From Candidatus Pacearchaeota archaeon (GTDB lineage: Archaea > Nanobdellota > Nanobdellia > Pacearchaeales > GW2011-AR1): a stretch of DNA of 64,000 nt. Where the stretch lies: positions 12,201 to 76,200 of the forward strand of contig JBAZYP010000009.1 in the NCBI GenBank assembly GCA_041659265.1. The letters run 5' to 3'. The position numbers were made by a program, and so were the translations under genes. How positions within the stretch are numbered: the first letter of the stretch is position 1; each line of letters starts with the position of its first letter. The notes beneath the pieces are model-generated. The model did no database searches, was not told the origin of the DNA, and worked only from the letters and a program-made list of their open reading frames with translations. This document shows, in pieces, positions 47,457 to 56,462 of the stretch.

Positions 47457-48168
47457 TTTCCTTGCTTTTTCTTTTACAAATCTCAACAAAATCAGCAAGC
47501 ATCATTTTTAATTCTTTTTCTTGTTCTTTAATCTCTTCTTCTTTTTCAACCATATTAAAATATATATTTTGCCATTCTTTTTCTAAATCTTTGAGATTTT
47601 TTGTTTTTTCAGAAATTCTCTCCTGAAAATTTTTGCTTAACATTTTTATTACCGTATTATTCTTCTTTCCTTCCCAATGTTTTTTCATATCCTTAACAAT
47701 ATCTCTTGAAACAAATTTTTTCTTATACCAATCTTCTAATTCTTCTATATTTGTAATTTCTTTATCAATATTTTCTTTTAGTTCAGAAAAATAACTTTCT
47801 TCAGAATCAAATTCCATTGCAGGTTCATTTTTGTTTAAAGAAAATTCTTTATGTTGAAAATGTGGTTTATGATGTTTTGGTTTTATTTTAGGATGAAGAT
47901 TCGTATTTTCAATAATAACTTCAGTTGTTTTAACTGGTTCAATTACTTCATCAGAGTTATTAGATTCAATTGGAGTAATAATTGGTTTAAAACCTATTTC
48001 TTCTCTTGATTCTTCTTGAGATTCTATAAGCGGATTAAACTCATCTTCATTTAAAGAAGTTTTTTTTAGGGGTTTTTCAGGTTCAATTTTTTCTTGCATT
48101 TCGTCTGTCACTAATTCTGGAAGTTCATCAGGTGCTGATTTGCTCTTAAAAATACCAAAAAGTCCCAT
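47437..48168 (-). CDS. hypothetical acidic protein with MGLFGIFKSK N-terminus
   Basis: 243 aa with no TM. Amphipathic N-terminus, acidic middle and helical C-terminus. Confidence 0.45.
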   Translation of the reverse strand: MGLFGIFKSKSAPDELPELVTDEMQEKIEPEKPLKKTSLNEDEFNPLIESQEESREEIGFKPIITPIESNNSDEVIEPVKTTEVIIENTNLHPKIKPKHHKPHFQHKEFSLNKNEPAMEFDSEESYFSELKENIDKEITNIEELEDWYKKKFVSRDIVKDMKKHWEGKKNNTVIKMLSKNFQERISEKTKNLKDLEKEWQNIYFNMVEKEEEIKEQEKELKMMLADFVEICKRKSKENEKEED

Positions 48169-48280
48169 TTTATTTAACCCCTTTAATAAATAGAAAAAGA
48201 CGAAAATTCTTTAAATACTTTTCGGTATCTTGTCTTCGAATTTTAATAAAGTTTATTAATTGTTTTTGGGACTTATATAT

Positions 48281-51200
48281 ATGCATTTTAATAAAAATTC
48301 AAAAGAGGCATTAGATATTGCTAAAAAAGAGATTAGAAAAGCAAAAATAGAAAAATTTGTTTTTTTGTTTTTTTTGTTTTTAACATTAATCTCTTGTTCT
48401 TTTTTAGTAGTTTTTTTATCATCTAAATTAATGATGACTGGATATGCATCTTATATAGAAGGAAGGGCTGGATATATCACTGAATTAAATATAACTCAAA
48501 CATTTATACCTGATTATTGGAGTGGGGTATATGGATTATCTTTAAGGGTTCCAGGTTATTTTAGTCAGATAATAAGAGAAGTTCCTAATTCTGAGATAGT
48601 TGAAGCTCCTTCTTATTTTGATTGTATACAAACAGATGCATTAGGTGGTCCTGAAATTTATGCAACTACCGCATCTTCAATAGATTTTAATTCATTAAGG
48701 CCTGCTACACTTGCAGAATTAGATTCCTATGTCGGATGCAGCGGATCTTTCCAATGTCCGAGTAATACTTTTACCAGTATTAATAGCTATGTCGTTGGAA
48801 CAAATAATATTACAGATGTTCCATCTACTTATACTTATAGATTTGATGGAAATCAAGGAACTTTTGATGTTGGAGCTTTAAATGATTCAGTTAATTTAGT
48901 ATTTGTTAGTCATTTAGCAGCAATTCAAAAGGGTTATAGTTCTACAAAGACAGTAAATTTTCAGATGCTTCTTCCAACATTACCCAACACTACTGTTGAT
49001 TATTATTTTTTTAATGATCCTAATGATGAATGTCCTGCTGGTGGAATTGGGAATAATATTAACGCTTCTGTTTATGGATATTCATTTGATATTTATAATA
49101 ATACTCTTCCTAATGTTACAGTTACTGTTGCAGGGTATAGTGCTGTAACTGACTCTAATGGATTTTATAATTTTTCATTTACAGTTAGTCCTGGAGTTTA
49201 TAATCTTATTGCCCAATTAGCTGGATATGATCCTTATTTTGACAATGTATCTGTAACTTTTTCTGAAAATGTTTTTGAAAGAAATATTACTATGGTAATC
49301 ATTACTCCTGGAATGAATGATACTATTTCCCCTATTGTTGATGGTTTTGTTTGGGATGAATCTTTAATCCCCATATCTGGTGCTAATGTATCTATGTCTG
49401 GAACTTCAAATGTTACCGACTCTAATGGATATTATTCAATATCACCTATAATTTTTCCAGGATTAAGTCCGATTATAGCTATAAATGAGGGCTATAATAA
49501 TTATTTTTATTTTTTAAGTTTTGATGATAACACTACTTATATAAATCATAATATTACCATGACTGTTGCTTCAACTAATTATCAATTTCCAACTGGCCCC
49601 TATACATCTGGCCCTTATACAACTGGCCCTTATCCTCAACAATTTCAACCTCAAATCATTCAAGCTAAGAAGAATGGAGAAGACTTTTGGATAAGCACTA
49701 AAGAAATAAGAAAGGAAGTAAGACAAAATACTTTTGTTGATGAAAAAATAGGTCTTTTTAATTTTAAAACTTCTACAATGAATATGTTATTTTCTTTATC
49801 TCCCAATCTTCAGGATTTTGTTAAAATAGATAAAACATCTGTTGTATTAAATCCTAATTCTTTTGCAGATGTAACTGTTACAATCTATGGAACGAAACCC
49901 CTTGGAGTTTATAATGGGTCTATAACTGTTTCTGGTGATGTGCAACAGACTATTCCTGTTCATATTACTGTTGTTGAAAAAAGATCTTTAGTTGAAGCTT
50001 TATTAATGCAAATAGATGTTTTTAATAAAATAGTAAGGCCTGGAGATACTGTAAAATATAAATTAAGTCTGCAAAATCTTTTAAGAGAACAAGGATATAA
50101 AGTATTTTTAAAAATTTATTTGACAGAATCTAATGGTACTACAATTTATGCTACTGATAATGATGAAGTGGAAATATTAAATTCTTTAACTTTGTTAAAA
50201 GAACTTAAATTGCCAGATAATATAACTGAAGGAGATTATTTATTAAATGTTGATGCAACGTATTTAAATCTTTTTTCAAGTGTAACTGCACCAGTAAAAA
50301 TAACTAAACCAATTTATTTATATTCCTTTTTAGGAATGCCTTTATGGTTATGGTTTTCATTGATTTCTTTCTTTAGTTTTATTTTATTAAATTTTTTAAT
50401 TTATAAATATTATAAAGAAAAGAAGAAGAGATACAAGATATTTTTAGATTACAATACTTTACCAAAACCTGGAACGGGTGTTGTAAGGCTAGGAAATATT
50501 GCTGAAACAAAAGTTCCAGCTTATTATGAACTTGAAAGATTAACAACTCACTGTATTGTTGCTGGGGCTACAGGAATGGGAAAATCAATTTCAGCTCAAG
50601 TTATAATTGAAGAAGCTTTAATGAATAATATCGCAGTAATTGTTATGGATCCAACTGCACAATGGTCTGGAATGTTAAGAAAATGTACTGATAAAAAAAT
50701 GATGTCTTTTTATCCTAAATTTGGATTAAAAGAAACTGATGCAAGAGCCTTTAAGGGAAATGTAAAACAGATAAGAGATGCTAAAGAGATAATTGATATA
50801 ACCAAATACATGACCCCTGGCCAAATACAGATTTTTTCAATGAATAAATTAGATCCAAAGGATATTGATATTTTTGTTGCTAATTTTATTAGACAGATTT
50901 TTAGATCAGATCCTAAAGAATCTCCAACTTTAAAAGTATTACTTGTTTTTGATGAGGTTCATAGACTTTTATCAAAATTCGGAGGAAGTGGAGAAGGATT
51001 CTTGCAAGTAGAAAGATCTTGTAGAGAGTTTAGAAAATGGGGATTAGGAGTAATGTTGATATCTCAAGTCTTAAATGATTTTGTTGGTGAAATTAAAGCA
51101 AATATTAATACAGAAGTTCAAGCAAGAACTCTTGAAGAGTCAGATCTTGATAGAATAAAAACTAAGTATGGGGAAGAATATCTTAAATCATTAGTAAGGG

Positions 51201-52012
51201 CTGAAGTTGGTGTTGCAATGTTTCAAAATGCTGAATATAATAGAGGTAGACCTTATTTTTTGAATTTTAGGCCTATATTACATAATACCAGAAGACTTCC
51301 TGATGAGGAACTTGAAAAGTATAATAAATATAATTTCCAGGTTGAAGATTTAGAATATCAAATCGAACAGCTTGAAAAAGAAAAATTAGATGTTTTTGAT
51401 CTAAAAATGGAATTAAAACTTGTTAAAGATAAGATTATGACTGGAAATTTTTCGGTTGTAGAAATTTATCTTGAAGGATTGGTTCCTAGAGTTGCTAAAG
51501 AATGGGAAAAACTTGGAAAACAACCAAAGAAATTGCAAACTCAATTATTATCTGAAGAAGAAATAAAAAAAGCTATGGAACAAGAGAAAAAAGAAAAAGA
51601 AGCATTAGCTGCAAAAGAAGAAAAGAAAGTTGAAGCAAAACCAATCGAGAAGCCTGTTGAAACTCAGGCAGTTAAACAAACTAATCCTGCTACAAATAAA
51701 ACTTCTGTTAATATTGTTAAACCTAATACTTCTATTCTACAACAAACTACAAAACCAGCAAGTTTAGTTAAACCAAATAATCCTTCTACTCAAAAAGTTA
51801 CAACCGTTATACCAACTAACGCTACAACTAAACCAGTAGTATTAGCTAAACCCGTTATTCCTTCTGCACCAGCAACAAAACCCGCAGTAGTAGTTAAACC
51901 AGCAACTCCTGTTGTTCAAACATCTAAACCAACGGTTATAACTAAACCTGCGGTGCAGTCTGTTCAAACCACTAAACTTGCTGAAACAAAAAAAGAAGAA
52001 GTAAAAAAATAA
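48281..52012 (+). CDS. membrane-anchored FtsK/HerA-superfamily P-loop ATPase with large extracellular N-terminal region (copy 2)
   Basis: Start set to ATG 48281. Signal anchor FVFLFFLFLTLISCSFLVVFL, two carboxypeptidase-regulatory-like units (..VTDSNGFYNFSF..), a (TGPY)x3 repeat, the juxtamembrane module and a TM. Cytoplasmic part: IVAGATGMGKS (50561-50587), VIVMDPTAQW, LLVFDEVHRL (~50941-50965) and a K/P/T/V-rich tail. Confidence 0.8.
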   Translation: MHFNKNSKEALDIAKKEIRKAKIEKFVFLFFLFLTLISCSFLVVFLSSKLMMTGYASYIEGRAGYITELNITQTFIPDYWSGVYGLSLRVPGYFSQIIREVPNSEIVEAPSYFDCIQTDALGGPEIYATTASSIDFNSLRPATLAELDSYVGCSGSFQCPSNTFTSINSYVVGTNNITDVPSTYTYRFDGNQGTFDVGALNDSVNLVFVSHLAAIQKGYSSTKTVNFQMLLPTLPNTTVDYYFFNDPNDECPAGGIGNNINASVYGYSFDIYNNTLPNVTVTVAGYSAVTDSNGFYNFSFTVSPGVYNLIAQLAGYDPYFDNVSVTFSENVFERNITMVIITPGMNDTISPIVDGFVWDESLIPISGANVSMSGTSNVTDSNGYYSISPIIFPGLSPIIAINEGYNNYFYFLSFDDNTTYINHNITMTVASTNYQFPTGPYTSGPYTTGPYPQQFQPQIIQAKKNGEDFWISTKEIRKEVRQNTFVDEKIGLFNFKTSTMNMLFSLSPNLQDFVKIDKTSVVLNPNSFADVTVTIYGTKPLGVYNGSITVSGDVQQTIPVHITVVEKRSLVEALLMQIDVFNKIVRPGDTVKYKLSLQNLLREQGYKVFLKIYLTESNGTTIYATDNDEVEILNSLTLLKELKLPDNITEGDYLLNVDATYLNLFSSVTAPVKITKPIYLYSFLGMPLWLWFSLISFFSFILLNFLIYKYYKEKKKRYKIFLDYNTLPKPGTGVVRLGNIAETKVPAYYELERLTTHCIVAGATGMGKSISAQVIIEEALMNNIAVIVMDPTAQWSGMLRKCTDKKMMSFYPKFGLKETDARAFKGNVKQIRDAKEIIDITKYMTPGQIQIFSMNKLDPKDIDIFVANFIRQIFRSDPKESPTLKVLLVFDEVHRLLSKFGGSGEGFLQVERSCREFRKWGLGVMLISQVLNDFVGEIKANINTEVQARTLEESDLDRIKTKYGEEYLKSLVRAEVGVAMFQNAEYNRGRPYFLNFRPILHNTRRLPDEELEKYNKYNFQVEDLEYQIEQLEKEKLDVFDLKMELKLVKDKIMTGNFSVVEIYLEGLVPRVAKEWEKLGKQPKKLQTQLLSEEEIKKAMEQEKKEKEALAAKEEKKVEAKPIEKPVETQAVKQTNPATNKTSVNIVKPNTSILQQTTKPASLVKPNNPSTQKVTTVIPTNATTKPVVLAKPVIPSAPATKPAVVVKPATPVVQTSKPTVITKPAVQSVQTTKLAETKKEEVKK

Positions 52013-52077
52013 TTTAACTAATTTAATAATATCTTAAAATACTAACTATTATAAATGAAAAATGCTTTTATTAATTG

Positions 52078-52419
52078 ATGATAATAAGAACTGAGTATGG
52101 TCAACTTAATAAAATAGCTAAGGAAATAGTTGAAAAAAGAATATTAAAGAAATTAGAAAAGATATGTGACAAGAAAGAAAGACTGGAAATGCTCAAGTAC
52201 ACACTAAAATCAACAATAGACTTAAAATATATAGAAATATTAAGAAAAATAAAAAAACTGGAAAAACAAAAAAAAGATATTTTTTTTATAGAGGTAAAAT
52301 CAGAGTTATTGGCTTCAAAAATAAGGATTTTTAATGCTACCTTTAATAAAAAAGATTTTTATAATGTTTTAACTATGTTTAATGATATAGAAAAAGAGAT
52401 GAACGATGTTTGGGTTTAA
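52078..52419 (+). CDS. small helical hypothetical protein
   Basis: ~113 aa, K/E/I-rich, with no TM. It overlaps the next gene by 14 nt. Confidence 0.35.
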   Translation: MIIRTEYGQLNKIAKEIVEKRILKKLEKICDKKERLEMLKYTLKSTIDLKYIEILRKIKKLEKQKKDIFFIEVKSELLASKIRIFNATFNKKDFYNVLTMFNDIEKEMNDVWV

Positions 52420-53263
52420 GAAAAAAGATAATGCAAATGCAGATACTCAGAATGCTGTAGCTGCTGCTGAAAAAGAAGAAGCAGAAGCTGCAAAACAAGA
52501 GGCTGCTGAAAAAAAAGTTACTGCTGTAAGTGAAAGTGCGTCTTCTGATGTAGTTAGACTTGCTTCTGAAATTGATAGATTAAAAGCGAGTGTTGAAAGT
52601 TTTAATGAAGTGAGAAAATCTTTTACTGAAAGATTTTCAAGAACTAGTGAACAGATTGGTGAACTAAGGGCAATGATTCTAGAAAGAGATAAATCTATCC
52701 AGGAGATAGAACTTAAATCAATAAAAGCTTATGATCTTGTTGAATCAGTTCATCCTGAAAAAATCATGACTGAAGTACAAAAACAAGATGCAAAATCTGA
52801 GGCATTAAAAGCAAATCTTGAAGGAAATGAGGCTATTATGGGTAGAATCATGGAAGAATTAAAAGAAACAAAAAGGAAAATAGAATTTTTTAGGGGAATA
52901 GAAGAAATTGTGAAATTAAGTGAAGAAATAAAGCAAGAATTAATTGAAATAAAGAAAATAGAATCAAGAATAAGCATTAATACTGATAAAGTAGATACTA
53001 TTTATTCAGAAGTTAGGAAGAAATTCCAAGATATTGATACTTTTAATTCAGAGTTACAGGAAATGAAGGTTTTGCAAGAACAGTCATCAAAGGATGTTAA
53101 TTTCCTTAAAGATAAAGTTTCTAATATGGTTGAAAAAGAAGAATTAAACAATCTTGTAAATAAGGTTCAGAGGTATATTGATACTTTAAAGGAATTAGAG
53201 AAGAATTCTTCATTAACAAAAGATATTGCTACACTAAAAACTATTCTTGATAGTCTTAAATAA
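52406..53263 (+). CDS. coiled-coil protein with MFGFKKK N-terminus
   Basis: 285 aa with an Ala/Glu-rich start, then long heptad-like helical segments. No TM. Confidence 0.45.
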   Translation: MFGFKKKDNANADTQNAVAAAEKEEAEAAKQEAAEKKVTAVSESASSDVVRLASEIDRLKASVESFNEVRKSFTERFSRTSEQIGELRAMILERDKSIQEIELKSIKAYDLVESVHPEKIMTEVQKQDAKSEALKANLEGNEAIMGRIMEELKETKRKIEFFRGIEEIVKLSEEIKQELIEIKKIESRISINTDKVDTIYSEVRKKFQDIDTFNSELQEMKVLQEQSSKDVNFLKDKVSNMVEKEELNNLVNKVQRYIDTLKELEKNSSLTKDIATLKTILDSLK

Positions 53264-53456
53264 TTTTATATTTTTTTATAATAATTTGTTATAAATAAGT
53301 GTACGAATTTTTAAATTTTATTTTTTCCTTTATTTTTAATTATTTTATTTTTATTCTATATATTTTTATAATTTATATTATATTTTATGTACATATTGTT
53401 TTAAATTATCCGTTATAAATAATAAGATTTAAAAACAAGGAAATATTATATTATTC

Positions 53457-53669
53457 ATGGTTATAAGTGAAAGTGAACTAAAAAATATCCTTAAAACAAG
53501 AACGAATATAGAGAAATCTACAACTATTAGCAGTGATGGAAAAAATCTTCTTACAAGAATACCTAAGGAAATTGCAGATTTTTTAGAAATTGAAAAGGGA
53601 TATAAGATAAAATGGAATATAACCAGAAATAAAAAAATAAAAATGGAGATAGTTGCAAATGAAATCTAA
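53457..53669 (+). CDS. AbrB/SpoVT-type DNA-binding protein
   Basis: 70 aa. ..GKNLLTRIPKEIADFLEIEKGYKIKWNI.. matches the swapped-hairpin pattern. 17-nt overlap with the next gene. Confidence 0.5.
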   Translation: MVISESELKNILKTRTNIEKSTTISSDGKNLLTRIPKEIADFLEIEKGYKIKWNITRNKKIKMEIVANEI

Positions 53670-53961
53670 ATTTAATAAAATAAGATTAGATGGAATTGAT
53701 AAAGATATTTTAAGAATTCTTTATTCTAGAAGACCTTTAGTAACATTAAAAATAGCCAAATATGCAAAACTTTCTAGTCCTACTGTTTCTGCTAGATTAT
53801 CTAATCTTGAAAAATTAGGGATAGTAAAAAAAGCCAGAATAAATAAAATAAGAAAGTTTGAAAGAACTTTTGGGGATAATCTTATCAAGATAAAATCAGC
53901 AAGTAGGATTTATTGGGACCTTGATTTAGAAGATAAAAATGGGGGCAATAAAAATGAATAA
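53653..53961 (+). CDS. winged-helix regulator (Lrp/AsnC-type HTH)
   Basis: ..DGIDKDILRILYSRRPLVTLKIAKYAKLSSPTVSARLSNLEKLGIVKK... It overlaps the start of the next gene. Confidence 0.6.
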   Translation: MQMKSKFNKIRLDGIDKDILRILYSRRPLVTLKIAKYAKLSSPTVSARLSNLEKLGIVKKARINKIRKFERTFGDNLIKIKSASRIYWDLDLEDKNGGNKNE

Positions 53962-54724
53962 TAAATTTATTATTATCATAATATTTTCTTTAATATCTCT
54001 ATTCTTTTTGGAAAGTATAATTGCAATATCTCCAAGTGGTGGAGAGATAATTGGAATAAAAAATGAAACTGCTCCTTCTGGATCTCCAACTTCTGCGCAA
54101 GCTGTTGCTGGAAATGTAACCGAACTTAATATATTCGGATTTTCAACCACTCAAACTTGGCAAGGCTATTTTGGAAATATTAGTGGAACAATCCAACTCG
54201 CAGATGGATCAGGTAGAGCTATGTATAATTGGAGCGCAACTAACCCTGAAGGGGAGGTATTTGCATCATTAAATGATAGTCTTATTTGGACAAATTTAGC
54301 ATGCTTTAATTTTTCTTCAGATGGAAGTTTTACTGATGATAGTCTTCAATCTGGAAATACTAGTTTATATGGGATGAATCTTACCCAATTAGAATCTGAT
54401 TTTGGAATAGAACCGAATGATGTTGATGGGGTTAATGAAACATTTATTTTTCAAGATCATCCTTTATTTTATGTGAATAATTTAATGTTTAGCCAGGGAG
54501 AATGCAGAAATACTAGAATTTATAATAGTACTGGACAAGGGGCTTTTGATGAGGTATTATTGTATTCTCCAGATAATCGTGCAGTAGTATTTGCTTCAAT
54601 ATTAAGAGATAATGCAATAGGTTTTGATGGAAGAGAATATGATTTTGAGATGCTTGTTTTAGAAGATGGTCATGGGGAAGATGTATCCACTTCAACTTAT
54701 TATTTTTACTTAGAGCTTGAGTAA
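53939..54724 (+). CDS. secreted WQGYFGN...YYFYLELE family protein (copy a)
   Basis: Signal ..FSLISLFFLESIIAIS (ATG 53954 is an alternative start), ~10 N-x-S/T sequons, and a C-terminus ..STYYFYLELE*. Confidence 0.65.
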   Translation: MGAIKMNNKFIIIIIFSLISLFFLESIIAISPSGGEIIGIKNETAPSGSPTSAQAVAGNVTELNIFGFSTTQTWQGYFGNISGTIQLADGSGRAMYNWSATNPEGEVFASLNDSLIWTNLACFNFSSDGSFTDDSLQSGNTSLYGMNLTQLESDFGIEPNDVDGVNETFIFQDHPLFYVNNLMFSQGECRNTRIYNSTGQGAFDEVLLYSPDNRAVVFASILRDNAIGFDGREYDFEMLVLEDGHGEDVSTSTYYFYLELE

Positions 54725-54992
54725 ATTTAATTTTTATATCTAAATTTTAATTTTTTTTATTTGAATTGCAAGTTTTTTTTATTTTTAGGTTTTTTAACCC
54801 TTAAAAAAGCAATTTATATCTATTTTAGTAATTAATTAAATAGTATATTAAATTTAAAAGAATTATAATTTTATTTTAATTATAATTTTAATGAGTTATT
54901 TACTTTTAAAGCTTTAATTAATTAATTAAACATAATATTTAAATAGTCTTGATATTTATTTACTTAAAAGAGGTATAATAAAGAAATAAGTC

Positions 54993-55604
54993 ATGGATTT
55001 TGACCTGTTCTTGACTTCCCCTAGGTGGGAAATCTTGCAAATAATAGCCGAAAGGCCTTCGTCTCCTGTAGAGATTGCTGAAAAACTTAAGACAACGGTA
55101 TCTTATGTCAGTCAGCAACTTAAATTGCTTGATGCTGCTAATCTGCTTTCCAAAGAGAAGACTGGTGCTGCTGAAAAAGGCAAACCAAGAACACTTTTTA
55201 GCCTTTCTAATGAATTATTTTATTTAACTGTTTTAACAAAGCAATTTTCTAAAAAGAAACTTTTTAAATTAGATGAACACCATAAAAATATTTTAAAAAT
55301 TTGGTTAATTGAAGATAATACTATTCATCATTTAATAGAAAAGTTATATTGGAAACTTCAAGAGGAAATTTCCGATATAGAAGGAATTTTCATTGATAAT
55401 ATCAATTTTAAGCCAAAAATTATTATTCTCTCTGAATCAAAAAAAGTAAAATTAAAGATAGATTCTTATATTGAAGATGAAGGAAAAAGGCTAGATCTTA
55501 ATATTATTTCTTCAAATACCTTTAAAAAATATTTTTCTGAAAAACTAATTTCATTACATGATCCAACTAAATTATTGGAAAAGTTGAAAGGAGGTTTGAT
55601 TTGA
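54993..55604 (+). CDS. ArsR-like winged-helix regulator with C-terminal extension
   Basis: ..SPRWEILQIIAERPSSPVEIAEKLKTTVSYVSQQLKLLDAANLLSKEK... It ends 4 nt before the next start. Confidence 0.6.
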   Translation: MDFDLFLTSPRWEILQIIAERPSSPVEIAEKLKTTVSYVSQQLKLLDAANLLSKEKTGAAEKGKPRTLFSLSNELFYLTVLTKQFSKKKLFKLDEHHKNILKIWLIEDNTIHHLIEKLYWKLQEEISDIEGIFIDNINFKPKIIILSESKKVKLKIDSYIEDEGKRLDLNIISSNTFKKYFSEKLISLHDPTKLLEKLKGGLI

Positions 55605-55608
55605 ATAG

Positions 55609-56391
55609 ATGGTTAACAAATTTTTAGTGAGTTCTAGACTAAGATTATTTTTGGTCTTAATTTCATGTGTTTTGTCTGTAAATATGATTTTGGCAGTTCC
55701 TTCAGGAAGTCAGATTACTGGTTTAACCAATTCATCTGCTGCTACTATTGCACCTGATTGGGATAATGCAATTGCAGGAAATGTTAGTGAATTAACTTTA
55801 TATGGTGATTCTGTAACTCAATCTTGGCAAGGTTATTTTGGAAATGTAACAGGAGCAATAAGACTAGCTGATGGATCTGGAAATGTAATGTATAATTGGA
55901 GTTTAACTAATCCTAGTGGAGAAATATATTCTTCATTTAATGATTCCATAATCTGGACAAATATACAATGTTTTAATTATACTGCTGCAGGAACTTTTGC
56001 AGATGATTCAGGACAAGCTGGTGCTACAAGCAGATTTGGTATGAATTTAACACAATTAGAAGGTTTATTTAATATAACTTCAACAGATGTTGACGGAGTA
56101 GATGAAACTTTTAGTTTAAACAGTCATGTTGCATTCTATACTAATAGCAAGCAATTTTCAGCAGGAGAATGTAACAATTCCAAAATATTCACTCAAAATG
56201 GAACTGGATATTTTGATGAAGTATTGTTGTATTCACCAGATACACAAGTAGTTGTATTTACATCAATATTAAAGAGCGATGCTTTAGGTTTTGATGGGGC
56301 TAAACATGATTTTGAGATGTTAGTCTTAGAGGATGGAAGAGATGGTAATAGTGCATTAACGCCATATTACTTTTATTTAGAACTTCAATAA
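55609..56391 (+). CDS. secreted WQGYFGN...YYFYLELQ family protein (copy b)
   Basis: Colinear with 53939-54724 over its full length (more than half the residues identical by eye). C-terminus ..TPYYFYLELQ*. Confidence 0.65.
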   Translation: MVNKFLVSSRLRLFLVLISCVLSVNMILAVPSGSQITGLTNSSAATIAPDWDNAIAGNVSELTLYGDSVTQSWQGYFGNVTGAIRLADGSGNVMYNWSLTNPSGEIYSSFNDSIIWTNIQCFNYTAAGTFADDSGQAGATSRFGMNLTQLEGLFNITSTDVDGVDETFSLNSHVAFYTNSKQFSAGECNNSKIFTQNGTGYFDEVLLYSPDTQVVVFTSILKSDALGFDGAKHDFEMLVLEDGRDGNSALTPYYFYLELQ

Positions 56392-56462
56392 TTTATTTTT
56401 TTTATTTTTTTTATTAAGTTTATTTTTTTAGATGCAAGAAAAAAAGAAAGGGAGAAAAAGAA

